DNA of 64,000 bases from Azolla caroliniana (taxonomy: Eukaryota; Plantae; Polypodiophyta), in the NCBI GenBank assembly GCA_043228905.1, contig JBHGNT010000008.1, positions 14,632,001-14,696,000 of the forward strand, read 5' to 3'. Both the position numbers and the translations under genes were made by a program. Shown piece by piece: positions 13,080 to 24,768 of the stretch (position 1 is the first letter of the stretch; each line of letters starts with the position of its first letter). A model generated the notes under the pieces. The model had not been told where the DNA came from, did not search any database, and saw only the letters and a list, made by a program, of their open reading frames with translations.

Positions 13080-14590
13080 TTATTGAATAATGGAAAATTC
13101 ATTATAATTGATGCAACCTTACTGATGGGTATTGAAAAGGACTTGAGAGGTCATGTTGGTTACCATTTGGATATTTTTATGTTTGCCGAGACCATTGGAG
13201 GCAGAAAACGAAACCAAGAAGAGCTTGAGAATCTTGCTAAAAGTGTTGGTTTTGCTCGTCTTGAAGTAAAATCCAAGCTAAATGAATAGTGTCATGGAGC
13301 TATATAATTGCTTCAAGTTTTACCTTATATAATTTCAATTGTAAAAAAAAAAATCATTAAGTGTGTCGATCTGCGAAGTCTATCATAAAAATGAGGTGCA
13401 TCACTTGGTATCTATTGAAAACAACATTGGGAACAATGTTAAAGGAGAGAGGACTGAGAAAAGTCTAGCAAGGAAGCTTGACACAAAAGTGTTGACATTC
13501 AAGACTATAATTATAATGACTTTTTTCTTATTGAATAATGGAAAAGTCATTATAATTGATGCAATCTTAGCGATGGATATTGAAAGGGACTTGAGAGGTC
13601 ATGTTGGTTACCTTTTGGATGTTTTTATGTTCGCAGAGACCATAGGAGGTAGAGAACGAAACCAAAAAGAGCTTGAGAATCTTGCTAAAAGTGTTAGTTT
13701 TGCTCAACTTGAAGTAAAATCCAAGCTAAATAAATATAGTGTCATGGAGCTATATAAGTTGTAGGTTGGAACTTGAAATAATAAACAATATAAAATACCC
13801 AAGTCCATAACTTGAATTCGGATAATTGAAAGCCTTGTCAGCTTCTCCCAAGCAAATACCTCGACATCACGCAAATACTTAATTATAGCCTTTACTATGC
13901 ATTCCATTGTAAGAAAAATATTCCCTATGATTAATTAAATTTGACATTTGGTAAAGTCATGCAATTGCTTCAAGTTTTACCTTATATAATTTCAATTGTA
14001 AAAAAAAAAATCATTAAGTGTGTCGATCTGCGAAGTCTATCATAAAAATGAGGTGCATCACTGGGTATCTATTGAAAACAACATTGGGAACAATGTTAAA
14101 GGAGAGAGGATTAAGAAAAGTCTAGCAAGGAACCTTCACATTCAAGACTATAATTATAATGACTTTTTGATTATTGAATAATGGAAAAGGCATTATAATT
14201 GATGCAATCATCTGATGGGTATCAAAAGGCGTGCAATAATAAATACTATAAAATACCTTAATCCATAACTTGAATTCGAAAAATTGAAAGCCTTGTCAGC
14301 TTCTCCCATGCAAATAACTCGACATCGAGCAAATACTTAATCATAGCCTTTATTATGCATTCTATTCTAAGAAGACTATTCTCTATGATTAATATAATTT
14401 TACATGTGGTGAAGTCATGTAGTTGCTTCAAGTTATATAATTTAAATTGTAAAAAATTTGGGAAGTATCTCATAAAAATAAAGTGCAACGGTATTTATTC
14501 AAAACATCATTGGGAACAATGCTAAAGGAGAGAGGATTTGGAAAAGTTTAGCAAGGACGCTGAACACAAAAGTCTTCATATTCAAGGCTA
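13080..14590 (+). repeat. Three further tandem, partly deleted copies of OMT exon 3 (3' part) plus 3' flank
   Basis: NNGK(V/F)IIIDA...EVKSKLN coding sequence recurs at ~13085 and ~13535, with a fragment at ~14175; downstream flank also repeated; full unit about 640 bp. Confidence 0.9.
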
Positions 14591-14724
14591 TATACAAGTG
14601 TTAAGTACTTGCCAAACATTACAAACCCATGCCGATCTACTAGCATTCATAATTTGTAGGTGAGACTCTTTTTCTAGATGAGGCTTTATAGCAAATAATC
14701 GTATATACAAGACAAGGTAATGTG

Positions 14725-14875
14725 GAGAATGTGGTGTGCTAAGAAGGAATTCATGTTGATTAACCAAAGATCAAAGTAATTTTAAAGGGGACAACATCAA
14801 CAAGTGTCAAAACTTTGAAGGTATTTGTGCAAAAAGTTCACTCGCTTCAAATGTTTATTCATATGTTAGCATTCT
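14725..14875 (+). pseudogene. Highly decayed Ty3/gypsy RT C-terminal fragment
   Basis: VVC*EGIHVD*PKIKVILKGTTSTSVKTLKVFVQKV resembles the gypsy VSxEGIxVDPxKIxAIxxWPxPTSVKELRSFLG consensus. Confidence 0.45.
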
Positions 14876-15959
14876 TAATTCTATTGAGAACTATATATCG
14901 CATGACCCTACTTGTGTTCCAAGAGCGGATAAAGACATAATAATTGTTGTAACCTCTTTCTTTATGTTGAAAAGGAAAAAGGTGGTGGTGGCAATTGTCA
15001 ATGTGTGTGTGGGTGTGTCTAGGAGTGTGAGATTGTTTTGCTACCGCTTAACAGGGGTTTTTTCTCACACAATAAATTGATATATGTTTCGTATTTATAC
15101 TCCTTTGTCTATAGCTTACCATAAGGCGAAGGAATTATTTTGCTCCTCGTTTTTAGGTTCACCATAAATGGTTCACTCAACAAGCAAGGAGGGGGGCTAA
15201 ATGTGAAGTTCGTTTTTGTTCGTAAGAAAATATTGTTGTGAATACGTTAGAGTGATATGAAGACCGATATGAAAGGAGCAAGTATTAAAGGAGGAATGGA
15301 CTTGAAGGGATATAAAGTTAGCAACGACATTTTTCAAAAGTAAAAAAGACAAAAAAAAAGCAAGGGCGTGGATATGAAGATTTAGGTAGAGAGAAAAGCA
15401 CATAACCTTTTCATTCGATATCGAAATTTCAAAAGAAAAGACTCACAAAAAAGTTGACAATGAGAACTTTTTAAAACTATTGTGCATTACAAATTTGGAA
15501 TTACAAAGGAGTTCAATAGTAATATAAAAAGCGCCTCACCTACACTCGAGTATATATATATATATATATATATTTATTTAAAAGCAATAATATTGCAACC
15601 CAAAACCTATAAATAACAGGGTATTCTTAGCCAAAAGGGGAAAAGAGTAAGCAGGTTAGAAGAAGTGAGAAGAGGCTTAGTAGAAGAACGAGGGAAGAAG
15701 GAAAAACTATTATCAACTAGAGTCATTGAGTTTAAAGTAGTTTTTTGGTCTCGTGTAGGGCAAGAATTTTACGAGTGTCATGCTTGTCAAAGGTCATTTT
15801 GCTTGTAAAAAACATACACATAATAAAAATACCCGTCAAGTGACATATAAAGTTTAAATTTCCATTTTGCATGTGAAAGGCCCCTACAAAATTTCAATGT
15901 CATATACATAATATATGAAGTATGTATAATAATATATTTATACTATATGTTCTTTATTT

Positions 15960-16120
15960 CAAAACAGAGTTTTCAATATGAACTCAATACATTATATCGA
16001 GTTCATGTTGAAAACTCAGTTTTTTACATCACCTCAATAAATGTATTAAATTCATGTTTAAAGTTATTTTTTTATTTTTTTGGAAAAAAAAACCTTTGAA
16101 CTTGAGGTGATGTAAAAACC
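15960..16120. repeat. AT-rich fold-back region with two hairpins
   Basis: GAGTTTTCAATATGAACTC...GAGTTCATGTTGAAAACTC and TTTTACATCACCTCAA...TTGAGGTGATGTAAAA. Confidence 0.6.
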
Positions 16121-16189
16121 AGACTTTTCATCACAATTCGATACAATGTATGGAATTCATGTTTAAAGGTTTTTTTTTCCCAAAAGAAA

Positions 16190-16464
16190 TAAAAAAGGAG
16201 GCAAAACGGATGATGAGGCAGCTGATGCTGATGCGGAGGAGCCGATAGGTTGAGGGGCACCAAATCTGAAAAGGCAAGGAGAAGGATGTTGAAGGCCTTG
16301 GGAGCAGACAAGTCAAACAAGTATGTCGAGGAGCGCAGAACCATACGAGCCGTGGAGCGTGAGCTGGCAAAAGGAATCGAGGTGAAGAACCGATTGCCAT
16401 AGAAAAAGGAACCTCAAGTTGAGCTTGAGGGGGAGTGTTGAGAGATAAGCTCAACATGAGGTGA
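16190..16464 (+). mobile_element. 3' remnant of a copia related to element C (PPT and LTR start); LTR continues at 24039-~24464 after the gypsy insertion
   Basis: CCTCAAGTTGAGCTTGAGGGGGAGTGTTGAGA at ~16412-16443 matches the PPT/LTR junction of copia C at ~42510-42540(-). Confidence 0.7.
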
Positions 16465-16944
16465 TGTCATGGACATGACAATAATCATGTCATGATTCGA
16501 ACTCTTAACCTACTGTATTGTAATCAATTGATATGTTTTAACCAACACATCCAATACATGGTCATATTACCTTTGTCGATTATTGTAGATTATCTATTTT
16601 ATGTCTAGGATATTTTAGAAGCTCAAGAAGCTCAAGAAGTTCAAGAAGCTGGAACATTCTAGAAGGTTGTGCATGAAAGTGAGTCTCTGCATGGAACTAC
16701 ATTTAGAGCCCACAAACATGACATATAAATACTAGGGCCAAGGTGAACAACACTAGTTATGGAAGCATAATATCAGTTCTTTTTCTTATGCTCTCTCTCT
16801 CACTTAGTATTTAGCCTCGTCAACTCATCTGTGACAGTTTGGTCACCTTCTGTCTTCTTGCTACCATGTTTGACTCTTACAACAACTTAAACCAAGTAAT
16901 GGCAACCTTGGAACAACTTCAACTAGAAAATGAAATTCTTCGTG

Positions 16945-17368
16945 TGTTAGGAATAATACTAAGAGAGAGAAGGAATTAGTATTAAAAGATAAGGATTAGT
17001 ACTAAGGGAGGTGTAGAACTCTCGAGAGAAGGAAAGAGTGAGTGAGAGATCGAGATCAAGTGAGAATGATGATAACAAAAGAGATATATATTATGTTAAG
17101 AGAATATACAATAGTCGCTAGGAGGCTTAAGACTAGCATTGAACTAATTTGGTTCGAAATAATGCCTTGTGCCTCCTTTTATAGTGTTCTCAAGAGTACT
17201 CCTGAAGTTTCTAGAATGTTCCACAGAAATATGGAACATACATCAATTTTCTATAGTAAAACTTAAATGAAAATAATATCTATCGTATTACAAAATATAG
17301 TCTAATGGTCAAGAGCTCGACCCCATGTAACATAAGGTCATGGGTTCGAGTCTTGCCATATCATGACA
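16945..17368 (-). mobile_element. Solo LTR, same family as the LTRs in 37783-41989, inserted in gag
   Basis: TG..CA ends; flanks TCGTG/TCGTC; removal restores ENEILR-QSLRELQ. Confidence 0.85.
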
Positions 17369-20149
17369 TCGTCAATCATTACGAGAGCTTCAAACTGGCA
17401 CATCCAACAATTCCCTACCTGCTAAGCCTCACCCTCCGTCAACACCTAGCCCAACCTCTTCCTCTTCCCATCCATATGTCCTCAAACCTAGTGTCAACCT
17501 ACCCAAATAATTCAACGGCTTGAGGGCACATCTTTGCGGCTTTATTAATCAAATTCGACTTATCATTTGTTTACAACCCCAACGTTATGCTAGTGATTTC
17601 TTTCAGGTCGGCCTCGTTGGCACCCTTCTCTCTGAACCGGAACAAGCGTGGTTTGCGCCATTGCTCGAGACCTCATCCCCACTCTTAGATAACTTTTCTG
17701 CCTTCCATATGGAGCTTGAAGCCAAATTTGGAGAGACGGACCGGCATCGAACAACACTCACGAAGCTCTATTCCTTGTAACAAGGCTCCTATCCAACCTC
17801 CATCTATGCTTCAGAGTTTCATCAGATCGCGTGTGATGTCAGCTGGGATGACCAAGTCTTATGCAACCATTTTCGTTGAGGCCTCCGAAATGAAGTCAAG
17901 ACTCTTCCCTTAAACTTTCCAAAGCCCACATCGTTGTCTCAGGTAATCTCTCAAGCTATTCAATGTGATAATAGTCTTTTTGAGCTTCGATAGGCGGAAC
18001 GTAGGACTCGAGGATTTTAGTCTTCCTCCCGCAAGGCTTGGGCCTAAAGCACATTGTGATTCAACAAGTGAGAGTATTCGGTGGAACCAATTGTCTTTTT
18101 TGCTCCCATAGCTATTAGTAAGATCAAAATAGATATATTGTATTTCTTGCTTATGCGAACCTAGATTTTGTCTCTCTTATCCATTTTTGATTTGAATCTT
18201 CCTCCCCACTCCGAAATTACAGTGTTAGTACACGCTGAGACTCCCCTCTGATCCAATTCACGATTAAGGTAGATACCGGTACTCCTCAATATTTAATTGA
18301 CTAGAACTCTAGCTATTCCATTAATAATGAATGTTCCTTGTGAATCCATCCAGGGGATAGATCCAAGACGTACAACCTCTTTTTGCACTAATTCATCTTT
18401 GTTTCGAGTTAATTAAGCTGGTACATACAAGTCAAATGAATATGTGGCACATTGATATGCAACATCCGTCTCTTCCGCCAAAGGTTCCACCATTTGGTAT
18501 TGTTCATCAACAGATCTTCTCGCAACGCTCTCATCACAAGGTCATATGTATCAGTTTTGCCAACCATGCCACGGCTGCCATCCTCCAATGATACTCATAC
18601 TTTGATGGAGGTCGCCCCCCATACCCCACTAGAGATTGACCATGCTCAATTCCAACCATTAGCTGATGCCCAATGACAACATCAACGTGACAATGGCCTC
18701 TTCCTCTATTGTGATACCCCCAACACTGTCATCCGCCATTGCCCTGTGTGAGGCCCTCCGCATCAATCCCACCGTGCATGTCTTGCAGAGGTTTCTCGAA
18801 GGAAAAAAACCAAGTCCGGTTGCACTAGGAGCCATGCCATTGGACGCTTCCTGTTACCCGACTTCTTCATGCTCCTACAATTCAACAAGAGGTTTTACTT
18901 TGCAAGTAAGTCTTTGTTTTGGGTCTACTTCAATAAAATCGCATGCCTTGCTCGATTCTGGTGCATCCACCTGTTTCATTGATAATATCTCGTTCGTTGG
19001 AGCACATAATATCCCCACTGTCCGCACAATACAATCCATATCCGTTGAAGCTATCGACGGACGAGTTCTCTCTTCAGGGGCGGTTACCAAAGCCACTATC
19101 CCGTTGGTACTTCAAGTCAGGCCCCACTAGGAGGTATTAACATTCTACCTCGTTGCAACCCCTCGACATCCGATTGTTTTAGGGCATTCCTGATTGAAAA
19201 CACACAATCCGATGGTGGATTTGTGCAGCCGGTCTACCACTTTCTCACAGACACCAGCGTGTGTCATGACTCCCCACCCCGTTACTTGTATGGGGGCTGC
19301 TTTCAACTTGGTCGTGCATTCTTCCGATTTCAACTCAGTCTCCGACACTGCTAATTCCGTTGTGGTCGATTCCAACTTGGTCATTTCTGTGCCAGTTGTG
19401 TCACGGGATGCCTTTGTTCCTATCACCAATTTGCCTACAAGATATAGCGACTTTTTTGATGTGTTCGAAAAGAGAAATGCAGACTAGTTACCGGCACATC
19501 GCCCCTATCATTGCCTAATAAAACTCCAAGTTGGCGCAAATCCACCATTTGGGCCCATCTATGGGCTATCGGAACCCAAACTTGCGGCTCTTCGCACATA
19601 TCTAGATGAAAACCTCGCTAAGGGCTTCATTTAACCCTCCAAATCACCAACTGGGGCCCCCTTCTTATTTGTCAAGAAGAAGGATTGCTCATTATGACTA
19701 TGTGTGGATTATCGGGGTCTCAACAAAATTACAGTGCGTAATCGTTATCCCGTCCCCTTAATTCCAACACTTCTCGATCGACTCCGAACTGGGCGTATCT
19801 TCTCCAAAATCGACCTTTGGGGAGCCTACAATTTGGTGTGCATCAAGCCTAGAGATGAGTGGAAAACGGCCTTTTGGACACGCTATGGACATTTCGAGTA
19901 CAAGGTAGTACCTTTCAGTCTCACCAACGCCTCGACAATCTTTTAACACATGATAAACAATATATTTCAGGAGTATCTCGATCACTTCGTGATAATCTAC
20001 CTTGACGACATGTTAGTTTTTTCTTCCAACATAGAGGAGCACACACGACACGTCCGACTGGTTCTATCCAAACTTCGGGAACATGGGCTTTATGCCAAAA
20101 GTGAGAAATGTGAATCCGATCGGAACTCTATAGAATTCCTCGGCTACGT

Positions 20150-20856
20150 TGTCATGAAGATTCTGGGCCATAGGTAGAAACAAGGCGAAATGCGCGGGAG
20201 CACTGGTGTGCACGAGTGCATACCCCTAGTGAATTAAATAGTGTAAGTACTAGGCATAGGTAGAGGGAGGTGTACTAGGTAGTGAAGGCATTAATAGGGG
20301 TTCAGACATCGCGTAAGTAGGGAGAGTTACGAGGAGAGCGAATCAGGGGGGAGAATCTAGGAAGGGAAAGCGACAAGTCATGAATGCTTTGTAATGGTCA
20401 CTCCTTGTGCTATAAAAGGGGTGACCTTTGACTGTTTGTGGGGATGTCATTTTTTTGGGAAGAAATAGAGAGAGGAAAAGGGGAACGGAGAGAAGACCAG
20501 ACGAGGAGTTCTACGAGAGATCACCAGATGGCGTTTCCCCTGCTCGCGTCGGACGCCCGAGTGCTCCCGACCAGGGATCGACCTTCTGTGTGCCTAGTCC
20601 ACTTTGTATCTGACTACTGTAGAGCCTACGCTCGACCACCGACACTGATCTGGTTGTAATCACCCACAGCGCTACGCGCATATATTGATTAATAGAAACT
20701 TATCTGTCGAACGCAAGTTGTTCTTAGCATCTTTGTCCGCGCTTGTCTCAAGGCTCACGTAAACCACAGACTCTTCCTCCTCATTTCTTGATTCCTTGGT
20801 TCAAGACCCCTGCCGTCTTGCCCAACTTCTACGCATCTGTGAGAATTTTCTCGACA
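20150..20856 (+). mobile_element. Solo LTR (707 bp) with a 4-bp TSD ACGT, inserted in the gypsy RT
   Basis: TGTCATGA...TCTCGACA; ACGT on both sides; removal restores FLGYV-ISPSGI in frame; TATAAAA at ~20411. Confidence 0.88.
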
Positions 20857-22457
20857 ACGTGATCTCACCCTCTGGGATCACAATGGATGTATGCAAGGTA
20901 GCGGCAATCACCGATTGTCCTGTCCCTACTCGGCTGAAAGAGGTACAATCATTTCTTGGTTTTGCAAATTTCTATAGACGTTTTATCAATAGGTTTTCCT
21001 CCTTACTGCAACCTCTAATCATCCTTACTGGAAAAGATACTCCATTTCTTTGGACCTCTACGGCACAAAGTGCTTTTGATGCCCTCAAGGCAACTTTTCT
21101 CACAACCCCAATGTTGGTCCACCCCGACCCCACAAGACCCTTCCAGGTTGAAACCGACACCTCCAACTTTGCCATGGGAGCTATCTAGTCCCAACCAGAC
21201 GACGATGACACACTACATCCTGTTGCCTTCTACTCCAGGAAGTTTACAACCCCGGATATCAATTATCTATCTATGACAAGGAGCTTGCAACTATCATCTC
21301 TACCTTCACCGAATGGCAACCTTATTTGGTTGGGGCCCAACATTGTATCCAGGTGCCGACCAACCACGAGAATCTAATTTACTTCATTAGTAGACGTACA
21401 TTGAATTGAAGACTGGCCCGATGGTTGAATTTGAGATCTTGTTTTGACCAGACGTTCAACATGGGAAAGCTGATGCTCTCTCTCGGCGACCTGATTTCGT
21501 ACTGCACCTAGGGGATGACGCATATTCACTGAAATCCTATTGTTTGTTGAGGTGCGATCAACTTTAGATGTTCGCAACCTGCATGTTGCATGGTGACTCT
21601 TTGCTTGAGGAGATAGCCAAAGCACTTCCCACCGACAAATTCGCCAATGATATTAAGGAAGGTCTTATTGATCCTTCTAAACTAAAGAACAAGGAAGACC
21701 TTGATCGCTTCATATTTGTGGGGGAATTGTTTTACCGAGACCAGCTCTTATATGTTCCGAAGGGATGGTGTCATGACGATCCCTTGGCTAGCCATTTTGG
21801 AGTTACAAAGACATTGGAATTAATCTCACGAGGATATTGGTGGCCTCAACCGTGGAAGTTCGTCAAGGAATTCATGAAGACATGTGATACGTCTGCTCAA
21901 TCCAAAGTCGTCCACTATAGGCCATACGGGTTGCTCCAACCACTTCCCATTACCAAATGACCTTGCGCATCTATTTCCATGGATTTCATCACCAACTTAC
22001 CTCTAGTCCATGGATATGACAAAATTCTCGTCATGGTACTAGGTTGGTTTACAAAAATGGCTCATTTTGCCCCATGTACAAAGACTATTTCAGCAAAAGC
22101 AACAACCGATCTATTTTTAAAGAATGTGGTCCGACTTCATGGGGTATTGGATGATGTCCCCTCAGATTGCAAAACCCAATTTGTCTCTCATTTTTGGCGA
22201 TGACTCCTTCAGACTTGGGCACAACATTGAATCTGTCTTCGTCCTATCATCCTCAAACCGATGGCCAAATTGAGTGGGTGAATCAAATTCTCGAGCAATA
22301 CCTTCGGAGCTCACTTAGCTACTAACAAGATGATTGGATTAACCTCCTACCCCTAGCAGAGTTCACATATAATAATATGCTACAGGGTTCAACTGGGGTT
22401 CACCCCATTTTTCGCCAACTATGGTTTCCATCCTCGCTTCAATATTTCCATCTCTGG

Positions 22458-23067
22458 TGTGAAAGTGTTTTTGGAATTCAAGCCATTGAACATTAGAAGA
22501 ATATAATGTATGAAGCATTTACATTTGGAGGCTAAGAACATGAACCAAGACCTTAAGAAGAAGTCAAAAGTAAAAGTAAGAGACACACAGAAAAGTAAAA
22601 AGAGAAAAAACAGGTCACCCAAAAATAGTCTAAAAGGAATTATCAGAACTCTTTTGTTTGTAACCCAAATATCATGTTCAAATATGCGTAAAGAGAGTTA
22701 TTTGTAGCTTTTTAAATCTCTTAATTTGGATCTCGGATGAGGGATATATGACAATGAGAAGATCGTCGTGTCGAAGCTAAAAATAGGAGAAGAAAACCTT
22801 CTATAAAAATAGGGGAAAGAAGATTTTTAGAAGTGAAAATAGGTTGCTTAGAAGAAGGGAGGAGAGAAAGCAGAAAGAGGTGAGAAGAAGAATAGGAAGA
22901 AAAGAAGGAGATGTATGAGTTTGGGTGATATGAAATCAAGTAGTTCTTTAGTTTTGTGGTTGTATTAGGAGTTTATTCAGTTTGTATTGTCTCCATAATA
23001 GAACATAGTAGCATTCTTGTCTCTTTCTCTTCTCTTCTCTATCTTTTCAGTATATCACTATCACTCA
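22458..23067 (+). mobile_element. Solo-LTR-like insert in the gypsy integrase
   Basis: Starts TGTGAAAG; integrase reading resumes near 23070; homologous to 7200-7861(-); TSD not clear. Confidence 0.65.
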
Positions 23068-23966
23068 ATTGCAAATTTGTCAACCAGTCAGCGGAAGCAC
23101 GTGCCCGTAGTTTAGCAGAATTTCATCAAGACCTCTCCCTTCCTATCGCCAATTACACCTGCCTTTGCAGTTGGTGATCAAGTTTGACTCTTATGTCGTC
23201 ATGTTGACACTACTCGACCTTGCAAAAAGTTGGACTACAAGAAGCTGGGGCCTTTCTACATCATTGAGCGTATCAACCCTGTCACTTTTCGGTTGGAACT
23301 TCCTCCACATTTCCGGATTCATAATGGCTTCCATGCCTCTCTCCTACCTCATCATCCATCCACTATGCCTAGAAGACACTCTCCACCACCTCCCCTAATC
23401 GAGCTTTCCACAGGTGAGGAGTATGAGGTGGACAAGATCCTGGACTCTTGTTGGCATCGATGACAACTTCAATACTTAGTCCCATGGAAAGGGTATCCCA
23501 TTTCCGAGGCAACTTGGGAACTAGCCCAACACTTCGAAAATGCACCAGATTTTGTTCATTAATTTCATCACCAATATCCACAAAAACAGGGGAGGCATCT
23601 TCAAAGGCAGCCTTAGAGGGAGGATAATGTCATGGACATGACAAAAGTCATGTCATGATTCGAACTCGTGACCTATTGTATTGTAATCGATTGATATGTT
23701 TTAACCAACACATCCAATACATGGTGATGTTATTTTAATACATTATTGTAAATTATCTATTCTATGTGTAGGAGATTTTAGAAGCTTCCAGAAACCTCGA
23801 GAAGCTGGAACATTCCAAAAGGTTGTGCATGAAAACGAGTCTCTGAATGGAGCTACATTTAGAGCCCACAAACATGTATAAATACAGGGGTTCACCTTAC
23901 GAAAGCATAATATCAGTTCTTGTTCTCTTGTCTATTTTCTCCCTCTCTTTCTTGTTCTCTTGCTTA

Positions 23967-24008
<42 letters not shown>

Positions 24009-24674
24009 GTATTTAGCCTCGTCTACTCATCTGTGACAACTGAACGACTAAAGGCCGGTAGACTAAAATGATTGAAGAAGCCGAAATCCGAGTCGGGTGA
24101 GGAGGATTGGCAGAAAAAGCCAAATGCCAAAGCGGTTGAAGAAGCCGTAGGGTGACAGAGCCGCTAGGGCCGAACATAGTATTAGGAATATTATGTTTAG
24201 ATATTGTTAGATGTTGATTTATGAGCATTCAAGTACCCGTCAATACTTGGGTTAACTTATGTCAGAGGCTTGTATAAAAGTGCTCAATAAGCGCGTTTTG
24301 ATGTATAGAGCATTATATTTTTTGGAATTGAGTTTGTTGTTTGCTCTCTCTATCTTTATCGCATATATTATGTATTCTCCATCTCTGTGTTTACCTAATT
24401 GTGTGCTATCATCTAGTAGAGATGACTGTGTCTGTTTATTAGCTTCTGCGTCTAACTCTTTTCAGTTTTGTACACGATAACTCTTTTATCAACGTTCTAT
24501 TTTATTTAATTTTTACTTTTGATGAATTGGTAAATGCCCCACATTTGTTGTAAACCAATTGTCTAATGGCCCAAATTTGGTCTTAGAAGACATTATTATA
24601 TCTTCCTTCCTTCCTTTCTTTTCTTTCTCTCTCAACCTCTATATTCTTGAAATACATAAAGATGATATTTGCTA

Positions 24675-24768
24675 GCCTTTACATAAAGGTGGAGATGTAA
24701 ATAATGAAAACAACTATCGAACCATCATGGTTGGCTCATTAATGGCAAAACTATTTGGATGTATAATG
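24675..24768 (+). mobile_element. Fragment of RTEX-like LINE RT; target site of copia B
   Basis: Encodes PLHKGGDVNNENNYRTIMVGSLMAKLFGCI, nearly identical to the LINE at ~34010-34100(-). Confidence 0.85.

Larger units (their letters stand above)
16465..24038 (+). mobile_element. Chromodomain Ty3/gypsy element (Tcn1-like), degenerate, with nested solo LTRs
   Basis: LTRs 16465-16836 and 23628-24038 (TGTCA..TGACA); gag from 16899; protease ALLDSGAS; [12 protein letters not shown] and IYLDDML; RNase H VETDTS; integrase MDFIT; chromodomain [11 protein letters not shown]; PPT before 23628. Confidence 0.95.

Noticed and set aside
13363-13764. Second independent OMT gene
   Set aside because: Only the C-terminal ~75 codons are OMT-like; exons 1-2 and the catalytic ILHDW motif are absent.
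16460-24043. TSD of the Tcn1-like element (GGTGA / ACTGA)
   Set aside because: Two of five positions mismatch; not counted as evidence.
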